Source of the DNA: an uncultured Nitrososphaerota archaeon
GTDB lineage: Archaea > Thermoproteota > Nitrososphaeria > Nitrososphaerales > Gagatemarchaeaceae
Assembly (NCBI GenBank): GCA_963703285.1
Contig: OY969807.1
Location: 1-64,000 of the forward strand
Length of the DNA stretch: 64,000 nt
Direction of reading: 5' to 3'
Shown: in pieces, positions 38,963 through 49,208 of the stretch
How positions within the stretch are numbered: position 1 is the first letter of the stretch
Layout: every line of letters starts with the position of its first letter
Program-made: the position numbers and the translations under genes
The notes under the pieces: model-generated
Database searches by the model: none
What the model was told of the DNA's origin: nothing
What the model saw: only the letters and a program-made list of their open reading frames with translations

Positions 38963-41347
38963 GTGCGCCGCCCGATGAAATCAGTTCAGGTGACCGTCCA
39001 GGAGACAAGACGGCTGGTCGGACAATCTCTCAGGCGCTCCGAGGACCCCAAGTTCGTGACGGGTTCGGGCGGTTTTCTTGACGACCTTAGGTTTCCAGAC
39101 ACGCTCTATGCGGTCTTCGTGCGCTCCCCCTATGCGCACGCCAAGATCCTGGGCATCAGGACGGCGCCCGCACTGGCCTCTCCGGGGGTTTTCGGGGTCC
39201 TCACCGGGAGGGACTTGGAAGGGAAGGTCGAACTGATGCCGACCGTCGACAGCGGCGGCTCCGAGGGAGAGGGCGGCGGAGCCTCGGGGAAGGCGAAGAG
39301 GGCGACCGTTAGGAAGCCCCAGGCGGTCGGCGAGGTGAACTTCGCGGGGGAGGCGGTGGCCGCCGTCTTCGCGTCGAGCTACTATCAGGCCGAGGACGCT
39401 GCCGAGCTGGTCGAGGTGGATTACGAGCAGCTCGACGCAGTCGTAGACGCGGTGGCGGCGATGGTTCCCGGCTCTCCAAGGGTCCACGAGAACCTCCCGG
39501 ACAACGTAGCCTACCACTATGTGCACAGGTTCGGGGACGTCAAGGAGGCCTTCCGCAGCGCCGACAGGGTGGTCAAGGTCGAGCTCGTCAACCAGCGCGT
39601 CCACCCCGTCTCCATGGAGCCCCGAGGCATCGCAGCGAACTACGACGCCGGGAACGACGCGCTCACCATCTGGCTCTCCACGCAGGACCCCCACAGCATG
39701 AGGGACAGCCTGGCGGACCTCCTCAAGATGCGCCCCACGAACGTGCGCGTCGTAGCCCCTGACGTCGGGGGAGGGTTCGGGGGCAAGTCGGCTGCCTACC
39801 AGGAGGACGTCGTCGTCTGCTTCGCCGCGAGGCGCTTCAGGCGCCCCGTGAAGTGGGAGGAGAACAGGCGCGAACACATGCTCACGATGACCCACGGAAG
39901 GGGCCAGCACCAGTGGGCCGAGATGGCTGTGCGCAGCGACGGCAAGATACTCGGCTACAGGATAAAGATCGTCTCAGACGGAGGCGCCTACTCGGACGGC
40001 GCGACCACCGGGCTCCCCGAGCTGACGGCCAAGATGGGCACCGGCGTCTACGACATCCCGGCGTACGAGGCCGATATCTACTCCGTCTTCACGAACAAGG
40101 TCCCTCACGGCGCCTACAGGGGAGCGGGCCGCCCGGAGGCCGCGTTCCTCCTGGAGCGGACCGTCAACGTCCTCGCCACCCAGCTGAAGCTCGATCCGGT
40201 CAAGGTCCGCCGGCTGAACTACATCCGGAAGGAGAAGTTCCCCTTCAAGACCCCCGGAGGATACACCTACGACTCGGCCGACTACGACAAGAACATGACC
40301 AAGGCGCTCGAGGTTGCGGGTTACGAGGAGCTCCTGCGCGAGAGGCGGGACGCCAGGAGGGAGGGCCGTCTCCTTGGGATAGGCATCGCGACATGGACGG
40401 AGATCTGCGGGTTCGGCCCCGGCTTCCCTCAGACCGCGGCGGTGACTGTGCACAAGGAGGGGAGGGTCGTGATCACCATCGGCGGACAGCCCCACGGACA
40501 GGGGCACGCGATAGCCATGACACAGGTCGCCGCGGACGAGCTGGGACTGGGCGTCGACATGTTTCTCGTCCAGCACGGAGACACTAACATGCTGCCCTGG
40601 TCGACGGTGACAGCTGGAAGCCGGTCGGGGGCGTTGCTCGGTTCCGCCGTCCTGCTCTCCGCCCGCAAGATCAGGGAGAAGATGGCCCGGATAGCAGCGC
40701 ACGCCCTCCACGTGCCCGACCCGTCCAGGATGGTCTTCCAGGACGGCAGAATCTCCGCGAGGGGCGACCCCGAGAGGTCGCTGAAGTTCGAGGACGTCGC
40801 GGCGCTGGCCTACGACGCCGAGGCCATCCCCGAGGGGATGGAGCCCACACTCTTCGAGTACACCGCCTTCGCTCCCCCCAACTACACCTTCCCGTTCGGG
40901 ACGCACATCGCGGTCGTCGAGGTCGACAGGGACACGGGCAAGGTCAAGCTCCAGAAGTACTTCGGGATCGACGATTGCGGGAGGCTGATCAACCCCATGC
41001 TCGTCGAGGGACAGTTCCAGGGCGGCGTGGTGCAGGGTGCCGGTCAGGCGCTGATGGAGGAGATAGTCTACGACGACAACGGCCAACTCCTCACCTCGAC
41101 GCTAGCGGACTACGCCATACCGGCCTGCGACACGATGCCGAAGATGGTCTGGGCGAGGACGGAGACTCCGACCTACGCAAACCCTTTAGGCGTCAAGGGG
41201 ATAGGTGAGGCCGGCTCGATTGCAGCCACCCCTGTCATCATGAACGCGGTCGAGGACGCGCTCTCCGAGTACGGGGTGGTCGTGGAGAAGATGCCCGTCA
41301 GACCCGACTACGTCCTATCGCTCATCGCGAAAGCGGAGAAAGGCTAG
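38963..41347 (+). CDS. Molybdopterin hydroxylase large subunit (CoxL form II-like)
   Basis: VGGGFGGK, AYRGAGRPEA, KGIGEAG. Confidence 0.92.
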   Translation: MRRPMKSVQVTVQETRRLVGQSLRRSEDPKFVTGSGGFLDDLRFPDTLYAVFVRSPYAHAKILGIRTAPALASPGVFGVLTGRDLEGKVELMPTVDSGGSEGEGGGASGKAKRATVRKPQAVGEVNFAGEAVAAVFASSYYQAEDAAELVEVDYEQLDAVVDAVAAMVPGSPRVHENLPDNVAYHYVHRFGDVKEAFRSADRVVKVELVNQRVHPVSMEPRGIAANYDAGNDALTIWLSTQDPHSMRDSLADLLKMRPTNVRVVAPDVGGGFGGKSAAYQEDVVVCFAARRFRRPVKWEENRREHMLTMTHGRGQHQWAEMAVRSDGKILGYRIKIVSDGGAYSDGATTGLPELTAKMGTGVYDIPAYEADIYSVFTNKVPHGAYRGAGRPEAAFLLERTVNVLATQLKLDPVKVRRLNYIRKEKFPFKTPGGYTYDSADYDKNMTKALEVAGYEELLRERRDARREGRLLGIGIATWTEICGFGPGFPQTAAVTVHKEGRVVITIGGQPHGQGHAIAMTQVAADELGLGVDMFLVQHGDTNMLPWSTVTAGSRSGALLGSAVLLSARKIREKMARIAAHALHVPDPSRMVFQDGRISARGDPERSLKFEDVAALAYDAEAIPEGMEPTLFEYTAFAPPNYTFPFGTHIAVVEVDRDTGKVKLQKYFGIDDCGRLINPMLVEGQFQGGVVQGAGQALMEEIVYDDNGQLLTSTLADYAIPACDTMPKMVWARTETPTYANPLGVKGIGEAGSIAATPVIMNAVEDALSEYGVVVEKMPVRPDYVLSLIAKAEKG

Positions 41348-41781
41348 GCCAGCCTCTTCTCGAGCCGGCCTATGATCTGCTTCACGTACCTGTCTGCGGC
41401 GGAATCGATAAGCCTGGAGCCGACGTTGGCAAGCATCCCGCCGACCTTGGCCTCGGCGGCCCAGCTCACGTGGGTGCCTCCCGACGGCGCGTCCTCGAAG
41501 GTGAAGCTGCTCTCTAGGTCGACGGTGCTGTTCAGCCCCGTCCCGTTGGCCCTCAGCTTCGTGAAGGTCGGCCTCCTGTTGTCCAAGAGCGCCAGCTTGA
41601 CGTCCATCACGCCCTTGATGAAGGACATCCCGACCTGCGCCTTGACGGCGAAGTTGTTCGGGTCGATGACCTTGACGGACAGTACGTGGGGGAATATCGT
41701 CGTGACCTTGTTGGGGTCCGTCACGAAGTCATAGACCTTCTCCCTCGGGGCCGCCACGTCGAACGAACCTTCGTAGTGCAT
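41344..41781 (-). CDS. coxG: CoxG-like SRPBCC protein
   Basis: APREKVYDFVTDP, VGGMLANVGSRLI. Confidence 0.8.
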   Translation of the reverse strand: MHYEGSFDVAAPREKVYDFVTDPNKVTTIFPHVLSVKVIDPNNFAVKAQVGMSFIKGVMDVKLALLDNRRPTFTKLRANGTGLNSTVDLESSFTFEDAPSGGTHVSWAAEAKVGGMLANVGSRLIDSAADRYVKQIIGRLEKRLA

Positions 41782-41787
41782 CTGACT

Positions 41788-42774
41788 TCACGCCCCCTCG
41801 ATGACCTCGGGATTTAACAGGTTGGGAGGCTTCTCTCCCTTGAGTCCGGCCACGAGGTTCCGAGCCGCCAGGACCGCCATCCCTGTCCTGCTCTCTATGC
41901 TCGCGCTGCCTATGTGTGGCGTCAGCACCACGTTCTTCATCGTCAGGAGAGGGCTGTCCATCGATATCGGCTCCCTCTCGAAGACGTCGAACGCCGCGCC
42001 CGCGATGGTCCCGGCACTCAGCGCCTCGGCTAGGGACTTCTCGTCCACGACGCCTCCCCTAGAGGTGTTCACGAGGAAGGCAGTCTTCTTCATCATCGCC
42101 AGCTCCCCGGCACCTATGCTGTTCCTGGTCTCCTCTGTCAGCGGGACGTGGACCGTCAGGAAGTCGCTCTCTCTCAGCAGATCTTCCTTCGACCTGTATT
42201 CGGCTCCGTACTCCTGCTCGACCTTGGGATCCCTCCGCCTGTTGTGGTAGATTACCTTCATCCCGAATCCGCGGGCTCGTCTGGCGACGGAGGAGCCGAT
42301 CCTCCCCATGCCGTATATCCCGAGAACCTTCCCGTGCACGTCACGCCCGACCATCATCATCGGGCTCCACTTCAGCCTCCACTCCCCTCCCCTGAGGTAC
42401 CCGTCCCCCTCGACGACCCGGCGAGCGACGGCCAGCATGAGCCCGAACGTCGCGTCCGCGACGGCCTCGGTTAGGACGCCAGGCGTGTTCGTCACCATGA
42501 CCCCCCTCGCGGTCGCCGCGGCAAGGTCAACGTGGTCGTATCCCACCGACATGCTCGAGACGATCTTCAGGCTCTTGCCGGCGTCCAGCAGCTCCCCGTC
42601 GACCCGCTCCGTGAGCAGACAGTAGAGACCGTCCACGTCCCTGACCTCGCGGAGGAGCTCCGCCCGGAACGGCGGACCATCGGTCTCGCGAATCCTGATT
42701 TCGGCGGCGCGCCTGATCATCTCGAGCGCAGGCTCGGGAACCTCGTTGCTCGTGACGTACACGCGCTTCGTCAT
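41788..42774 (-). CDS. D-glycerate dehydrogenase / glyoxylate reductase
   Basis: VGYDHVD, GMGRIG, NTSRG, TPHIGSA. Confidence 0.92.
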   Translation of the reverse strand: MTKRVYVTSNEVPEPALEMIRRAAEIRIRETDGPPFRAELLREVRDVDGLYCLLTERVDGELLDAGKSLKIVSSMSVGYDHVDLAAATARGVMVTNTPGVLTEAVADATFGLMLAVARRVVEGDGYLRGGEWRLKWSPMMMVGRDVHGKVLGIYGMGRIGSSVARRARGFGMKVIYHNRRRDPKVEQEYGAEYRSKEDLLRESDFLTVHVPLTEETRNSIGAGELAMMKKTAFLVNTSRGGVVDEKSLAEALSAGTIAGAAFDVFEREPISMDSPLLTMKNVVLTPHIGSASIESRTGMAVLAARNLVAGLKGEKPPNLLNPEVIEGA

Positions 42775-43232
42775 TGGCGTAGTCTTTTGGCTTTCGGACC
42801 CGCGTCGATGCGGACCTGCTTGCCCTCCCGCAGCCTGGGCAGCTTCACGACCACGATTCCGTTCCTGAATTTGGCCTTGCCCTGGTCGGGGTCGACCCTG
42901 ACTGGAAGCAGGACCTTCTTCGAGTACTGCACGAACTCGTCGCCCTCGCGGCGACCGCTGGCGACCCTCAGCCTCACCGGTCTCGTCATCTTCGCCTCCA
43001 CGCTGATCGTGTCCTCGGTACAGGTTATCGCGATTTCGTCCCGGCTCGCCCCGGGAAGGTCGAAGGTCGCCGTGACGGCGTCGTCGCCCACCTGGACGTT
43101 GAAGAGCGGCTGGAGGCTCCTGGACGCGATGTCGAAGAGCGTCCCTTCCATCGAGCCGAACATCTCCGAGAAGATGTTCTCTATCCCCCTGCCGAAGCTG
43201 TCGAACTCGTCGTCGCCACTCGTGGCCATCAC
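42771..43232 (-). CDS. Small heat shock protein (Hsp20)
   Basis: FDLPG, AKFRNGIVVVKLP. Confidence 0.88.
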   Translation of the reverse strand: MMATSGDDEFDSFGRGIENIFSEMFGSMEGTLFDIASRSLQPLFNVQVGDDAVTATFDLPGASRDEIAITCTEDTISVEAKMTRPVRLRVASGRREGDEFVQYSKKVLLPVRVDPDQGKAKFRNGIVVVKLPRLREGKQVRIDAGPKAKRLRQ

Positions 43233-43982
43233 CTACCTGTACGCGCCCGGAGCCTGGCTCCCGGACTGCGTCGCCTGACGGGTCTGCTGCATCAGCTCCC
43301 TGGACTTCATCCTGATCTCCTCCGATTCTTTCATCAGCTCCTTCGTGTCGAGGTCGAGCGAGAGTAGCTTCCCGAGGACGTCAATGAGGGAGGCCGCCGC
43401 GGCCGGGTCGGGAAACTGCGTCAGTGACTCCGCGAGCAGCGTCAGGGCCGGCACCGCGCCGGAGCTGCAGTGCTTGAGGAGGCTTGCGTAGAACCCCGAG
43501 ACCACCCCATCCTCGAACGGCGAGGCGCCGCTCTTCTTCAGCGCTTCGACCACCTGTCCCGAGTTGCCCACCCCCACGACCGCGGGCTTGCCTTCACCCT
43601 GGGACTCGTCCCTCGCCTGGGAAGGCGCTCCCGTGACTCCGATCACCATCTTCGCCTTCAGTGACTTCGCCCATGAGGCTATCTTCTTCGCCACCTCGAG
43701 GGACGCGAAGGGCGGGAGCGGGACCTCGGAGAGGACCACGAGGAGGCTGCCCTTGCCGAAGATGTGGATGGGGTACGTCGCTGCCGAGTTGTGCACGATC
43801 ATGACCTGGGGAAGGAGGTCCGAGTCGATGAATCCCCTGTCGGACATCTTCAGCTGTTCCACCAGGTAGGAGCACGTGATTGTCCCGACCAGCCCCGCCT
43901 CGGGCACGCCGACGACTATGTTCGGCTTGGAGACCCTGGGACCCGTGTCGTTTATCTCGACGCGCAGTTCCTCGTCCGCCAT
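43233..43982 (-). CDS. Proteasome assembly chaperone (PAC2 family)
   Basis: GVPEAGLVG, FPDPAAAA. Confidence 0.88.
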   Translation of the reverse strand: MADEELRVEINDTGPRVSKPNIVVGVPEAGLVGTITCSYLVEQLKMSDRGFIDSDLLPQVMIVHNSAATYPIHIFGKGSLLVVLSEVPLPPFASLEVAKKIASWAKSLKAKMVIGVTGAPSQARDESQGEGKPAVVGVGNSGQVVEALKKSGASPFEDGVVSGFYASLLKHCSSGAVPALTLLAESLTQFPDPAAAASLIDVLGKLLSLDLDTKELMKESEEIRMKSRELMQQTRQATQSGSQAPGAYR

Positions 43983-44023
43983 GTCGCTCCCTCAGAGTTC
44001 CGGGGTCCGATAAAATCCTTCCC

Positions 44024-45052
44024 TCATTTGTTCTTGAAGACCCAGCTCAGGTCCGGGACCTCCTTCCTCTTCAAGACCTTCTCGCTCATGGCGTGGGTTA
44101 TGAGGGGAAGCGCGATGGTGGCGTCGCAGTAGACGACCGACCTCGTCGAGTCTGGGGCGATCTTACCCCAGCTGATGGCCTCCTCGAGGGTGCACCCCGA
44201 GAGCCCGCCCCACTGCGGGCTGTCCGTGGTGATCTGAATCGCATACTCGTGGGGCGTCGGCTCCTCGCCGCCCTTCGAGAGCGACTTTATGATGGTGGCG
44301 AGCTGGATCGTGTCCTTGGGCACCCCTCCCCCCACGTATACGACCGCGGTCCTCTTCGTCTTGTCCGCTATCTGGCCGAGCTCCTCCATGTCCTGGGTCT
44401 GATCCAGCCTTACCAACTTCCCCTCCTCCCTCTTGAGGAGGCTGAGCGCAACCCCGTACCCGCTGTCGATCAGACCCGGCGAGTACACAGGCACGCCGTA
44501 CTTCCACGCCGTCGCGGTGATGGACCTGATGCCCTTCTTCCACTGGTACTCCCCGAACCTGCTGAGGAACTCCCTGGTCGGGTAGGCGCGCTTCGTGTCG
44601 AGCGTGCTAGCGAACTTTCGGATGAGCCCCTCGAGCTCCCTGTAGTCGTATTCGTCGGCGTAGATGTCGTAGAACCTGTCGATCTTGGCCTCGAGCAGCT
44701 CCTCGTCGTTGGCCAGCCAGGTCCCCTGGTAGTACTTGTAGCCCATGGCCTCGAGGATGTCCTCCGAGATGTTCGCCCCCGTGCTGACCAGGACGTCTAT
44801 GTAGCGGTTTTCGATTAGCCACCTCACCATCTTCCACTGCCCCGTCGTGCTCAGCGACCCCGAGTAACCCATGAATATCGTGAGGCCCTTCTGCTGGGTC
44901 ATCTCCGACCATATCCTTGCGGCTTCTCCCAGCCTCTTCCCCTGGAATCCGGTCTGGGCCATCTCGTCCAAGAGGGCCGAGATTGACTTCTTCCCAACCT
45001 CGATTGATTTTTCAGGAGTGGTAAGGTACCGTTTCCTATCTTGCACGACCAA
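44024..45052 (-). CDS. dys: Deoxyhypusine synthase family protein
   Basis: GGGVPK, GGLSGCTLEEAISWGK with the catalytic Lys, DATIALP. Confidence 0.9.
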   Translation of the reverse strand: MVVQDRKRYLTTPEKSIEVGKKSISALLDEMAQTGFQGKRLGEAARIWSEMTQQKGLTIFMGYSGSLSTTGQWKMVRWLIENRYIDVLVSTGANISEDILEAMGYKYYQGTWLANDEELLEAKIDRFYDIYADEYDYRELEGLIRKFASTLDTKRAYPTREFLSRFGEYQWKKGIRSITATAWKYGVPVYSPGLIDSGYGVALSLLKREEGKLVRLDQTQDMEELGQIADKTKRTAVVYVGGGVPKDTIQLATIIKSLSKGGEEPTPHEYAIQITTDSPQWGGLSGCTLEEAISWGKIAPDSTRSVVYCDATIALPLITHAMSEKVLKRKEVPDLSWVFKNK

Positions 45053-45109
45053 CCGTCGAGCGGCTCGATATTAATTTTGTCTGTCTCGAGCCGGCGCCTG
45101 ACGGGGCTA

Positions 45110-46877
45110 TCACCGCACTGTGACCGACTTCGCAAGGTTGCGGGGATAATCGGGGTCGTACTTCCTCTCGGTTGCGATGAAGTAGGCAAGAAGCTGGAGG
45201 GGAACCACCTCGACAACGGGGGAGATGCTCTCGTCGGAGGGCGGAATCTGAATAAGGTGCCTGAAGACGGGGTGCTCCTTGTCCGATATCCCGATGATCT
45301 CGGCCCCCCTTGCCTGAAGCTCGAGGGCGTTGGAGATCGTGCTGTTGAATCCCTCTCCCCCCGGAGCTATGACGACGACCGGGGTCCCCTTCTCGATCAG
45401 GGCCAGGGTGCCGTGCTTCAGCTCGCTCGCGGGCATCCCCTCAGCGTGGACGTACGCGAGCTCCTTGAGCTTCAGGGCCCCCTCCTGGGCGATCGGGTAG
45501 TGATGCCCCCGTGCTATGAAGTAGAAGTCTGGCCTGTCGCTGAAGAGCTTCGCCAGCTCCCTCACCTTCCCCTCCGCGCGAGCGTGCCCCTGACGAAGTC
45601 GCCTATCCTCTTCGGATCCTCCGCGGCTTCCCTGCCGGAGAGCGCGTCCGCAATGGAGTTGCCGACCATCACCTGGGCCGTGAAGCTCTTCGTCGCCGCC
45701 ACCCCTATCTCGGGCCCGCAGTTCAGGGGCAGCACCTCGCTGGACTCGCGCGCAAGCGAAGAGCCGGCTGCGTTCACGACCGAGACTACGGTTGCGCCGC
45801 GTCGACTTCGCGACCCTGACTGCGTTGAGGAGGTCTGCTGTCTCCCCGCTCTGGCTGAAGGCGATCAACACCGTCCCTCTGTCGACGAAGTGAGCCTGGT
45901 CCTCGAACTCTCCCGCGAGGACCGCGTCGCATCTGCACCTTGAGCTCGCGGCTCAGCCTGTCCTTCAGAAGGAGCGAAGCGTGGAAGCTCGACCCCGAAG
46001 CTGTCAGCACAAGAGAGTCTGCGCCCCTTATCGCTCGGACGAAGGACTCGAGCCTCTTCGGGTCCTGGAGGAACGCTCTCTGGACCGTCTCGGGCTGCTC
46101 GTGGATCTCTTTGAGCGTGTAGTGGGCGTAGTCCAGCTTCGAGAGGTCGGAGAGCTCCCAGGCCAGCTGCGTGGGCTTCTTCCTGACCTCAATCCCATCC
46201 ATGCCAAAGACCCTGTACCCGCCGGCGGTGATGGAGACGACCTCCATGTTGTCTAGGAAGACCGCCCTGTCGGTCCTGGAGATGAACGCAAGGACGTCGC
46301 TGGCGAGGAACGTCTCCCTCTCGCCCACCCCGACTACCAGGGGAGCGTCGTTCCTCGCACCGGTGATGACGTCCGGGCGGTCCCGGAACGCAGCCACCAC
46401 TGCGAACTGGCCCCTGAGCTGTCTCGCGGCGCTGAGCGTGGCGTGGAGCGGGTCGTTCCCTCGCTTGCGCTCCTCCTCGATCAGGTGAGGGATGACCTCG
46501 GTGTCGGTCTCGCTCCTGAAGGCGTGCCCGCTCCTGGTCAGCCTCTCCTTCAGTTCGAGGTAGTTCTCGATTATGCCATTGTGAACCACCGCGACGGAGC
46601 CATCGCAGGAGAGCTGGGGGTGCGCGTTCTCCATGGTGACGCCTCCATGGGTCGCCCACCTCGTGTGGCCGATTCCAGTCCGCCCCGCCATCATCGAAAC
46701 ATGAGAACCGCTCTCGAGGTCGTCGATCCTCCCCACCGCCTTCCTCACCTCCAGTCTACCATCGTGGACCGTGGCGACGCCCGCAGAGTCGTACCCCCTG
46801 TACTCGACCCGTCTGAGCCCCTCGATCAGCAATGGAGCAATCTCTTCGTCAGAGATGCCCGCTATTATCCCGCACAT
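45110..46877 (-). pseudogene. glmS: Glutamine-fructose-6-phosphate transaminase GlmS with three indels (lesions or sequencing errors)
   Basis: MCGII, GHTRWATHG, SQSGET, AATKSF, RNLAKSVTV spread over several frames; breaks near 45936, 45802 and 45578. Confidence 0.85.
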
Positions 46878-47040
46878 CCTGCGGCCGCAAATCTCACGCG
46901 GTAATAACATCAGTATCGTCGCTCGTTCATACATGCAAACAGCAGTTTGCAGGCCCGCCGGTCTCCGGGCCCGCCGGTCTCCCCAGAGTACTACCGACCA
47001 TGCATAACCATTTAATAATAGTCGGGGCAGAAGGGCTTCC

Positions 47041-47991
47041 ATGGTGAAGGAGAACCTCCTGGTGGACACGGACGCCGCGACGAGCAAGAGGGTCTCGGTC
47101 GCGGACGACCCGTCCCGCTTCTTCCCTGCCGCCATGGGGATGGGCAGCAGGATACTGAGGCTCCTCTCGAAGGGCCCGGCGTACCCCTCGGCGATAGCTC
47201 GCGAGTTGCGGGTCTACCACCAGACGGTCTACTACCACATGCGCAAGCTCGAGAAGGCCGGCCTCGTCAGGAAGGTCGGGCGGGAGGTCGTGAGGGGAGG
47301 GAGGGCCGACCTGTATGCGCTCGCTGTCGATGGGTTCGCCGTCGAATTTCCGGTCGAATCGGTCCCCTTCAGGGGTCCCTCGGCCGCCTCGACCTCCCCG
47401 CACCTCAGGGCTTTCCTCCGCGAGTTCATAAGCTCCGGAAGCTTCGACGGCTGGGTCGTGGTCGGTTCGCCCGAGCCGCACGGGCCCAACAAGACTCAGG
47501 GGAGGGACGGGCACTATGCGATCCAGCTCGGATTCGCCATCGGTCAGTTCGTCGGCGTTCCCCGCTCATTCCCGGTGAAGCTCGACGTGGACCTCAAGAA
47601 CGAGAAGCTTGAGGGCTCCAACCTCATAATCGTCGGAGGACCGCGAACCAACGTAATCTCGGCGGAGATCAACCCGCGCCTCCCCATCAGGTTTTCCGAG
47701 GAGGGGTTCTGGGGCGCCATCGTGGACGAGAGGGGGACGAAGTACCCCTCGGAGTGGGAGGCCGTTCTGGCGAAGGTGCGAAACCCCTGGAACGCGGATC
47801 GCTTCTGCATCGTGGCCGCCGGGCTCAGCGGCGCGGGGACCAAGGCCGCGATAATCGGGATGACCAACTTCGCCGACCAGGTCCTCAGGGGGTACTCGGG
47901 CGGCGAGTACGCGCTCGTTCTCCGCGGTTCCGACCTCGACGGCGACGGCAAGATCGATAGCGTGGAGGTCCTGCACACCGCAACCGGCTGA
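47041..47991 (+). CDS. ArsR-like HTH regulator with C-terminal alpha/beta domain
   Basis: YPSAIAREL...VYYHMRKLEKAGLV; NLIIVGGP; terminal DLDGDGKID. Confidence 0.75.
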   Translation: MVKENLLVDTDAATSKRVSVADDPSRFFPAAMGMGSRILRLLSKGPAYPSAIARELRVYHQTVYYHMRKLEKAGLVRKVGREVVRGGRADLYALAVDGFAVEFPVESVPFRGPSAASTSPHLRAFLREFISSGSFDGWVVVGSPEPHGPNKTQGRDGHYAIQLGFAIGQFVGVPRSFPVKLDVDLKNEKLEGSNLIIVGGPRTNVISAEINPRLPIRFSEEGFWGAIVDERGTKYPSEWEAVLAKVRNPWNADRFCIVAAGLSGAGTKAAIIGMTNFADQVLRGYSGGEYALVLRGSDLDGDGKIDSVEVLHTATG

Positions 47992-48095
47992 GCAACTCGC
48001 TGGAACTGCCCCGAGCTTGCCCTCCCAGCTGGCTGAGGGTAGTTTGAACCCATAATTCTTATAATCCAAGCGTTGAGGGCTGACCAGTCGCTCAT

Positions 48096-48593
48096 TTGTC
48101 GTCGGAGTTCAGGTATCTGGTAAGGATCAGGGGGAAGGACCTAGAGGGGAGGAAGAAGCTGATACCGGCGATAGCGGACCTCAAGGGAGTCGGAGACAAC
48201 TTTGCCCAGGCTGTGGTCAACAGCTTGGGGCTGGACCCGAAGCTGAGGCTCGGAACGCTGAGCGAGTCCCAGCTCAAGGAGCTCGAGAGGGCCCTGATCG
48301 ACGGGTCCTCGCTGAAGGTCCCGCAGTGGGCACTCAACCGGAGGAGGGACCCCGAGACGGGGGAGACGAAGCAACTCGTCGGGTCGGACCTCGACATGGC
48401 GCTCAAGACGGACCTCGACAGGGAGAAGAACGTACAGAGCTGGCGAGGCGTGAGGCATGGCCTCGGGCTGAAGGTCAGGGGTCAGAGGACGCGGACGACC
48501 GGGAGGAAGGGACGGACCGTCGGCGTCAGGAAGTCCGCGCTCCAGGCCGCGGCGGCCGCTGCCAGGACCGCCGAGGACAAGGAGAAGAAGTAG
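48096..48593 (+). CDS. rps13: 30S ribosomal protein uS13
   Basis: LKGVG, WRGVRH, KVRGQRTRTTGR. Confidence 0.96.
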   Translation: MSSEFRYLVRIRGKDLEGRKKLIPAIADLKGVGDNFAQAVVNSLGLDPKLRLGTLSESQLKELERALIDGSSLKVPQWALNRRRDPETGETKQLVGSDLDMALKTDLDREKNVQSWRGVRHGLGLKVRGQRTRTTGRKGRTVGVRKSALQAAAAAARTAEDKEKK

Positions 48594-48602
48594 GTGCCAT
48601 AG

Positions 48603-49166
48603 ATGGGAGACCCTAGGAGACCACGAAGGACCTACTCGACGCCCAGGAGTCCCTGGCGGAGCGACCAGCTCGCCCAAGAGCTCTACCTTCTCGGGACCTA
48701 CGGCCTCAGGAACAAGCGCGAGCTCTGGAAGGCGTACACTCAGCTCAGCTCGATACGCAAGCAGGCGAGGCACCTGCTGGCAGCGTCCCCCGCGGTCCGG
48801 AGCCGCGACGAGGGGAAGCTCATTGACAGCCTCCTGAAGAAGGGCCTCCTCTCGACCGGGATGATCCTCGACGACGTGCTCAGCCTCAGCGTCGAGGACA
48901 TGCTTTCCAGGAGGCTGCAGTCGGTTATCTACAGGCGCGGGAGCGCGGTCTCGCCGTTGCAGGCGCGGCAGCTGATAGTCCACAGGCACGTGAAGATCGG
49001 AGAAAGAATAGTCACCGTGCCGGGCTACCATGTCACCGCGGAGGACGAGAAGAAGATCCAGCTCACGGGAGGCATCGGGACACCAAAGGTTCCCGAGCCC
49101 GCGAACGCCGCTCCTCAGGCGGGCCAGCAGGGTGCCGAACCGACGGAGCCGGCGCAGGGCCAGTGA
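48603..49166 (+). CDS. rps4: 30S ribosomal protein uS4
   Basis: MGDP, YGLRNKRELW, RRLQS, ARQLIVHRH. Confidence 0.96.
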   Translation: MGDPRRPRRTYSTPRSPWRSDQLAQELYLLGTYGLRNKRELWKAYTQLSSIRKQARHLLAASPAVRSRDEGKLIDSLLKKGLLSTGMILDDVLSLSVEDMLSRRLQSVIYRRGSAVSPLQARQLIVHRHVKIGERIVTVPGYHVTAEDEKKIQLTGGIGTPKVPEPANAAPQAGQQGAEPTEPAQGQ

Positions 49167-49172
49167 TAGCGC

Positions 49173-49208
49173 ATGTCTGAGGAAGAGTTTCTCAGAGACA
49201 AGTGGGCT
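49173..49208 (+). pseudogene. Stranded original 5' end of rps11 (MSEEEFLRDKWA)
   Basis: ATG 6 nt after the rps4 stop; aligns with [13 protein letters not shown] at 50115; frame then runs into the insert and stops at 49241. Confidence 0.8.
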
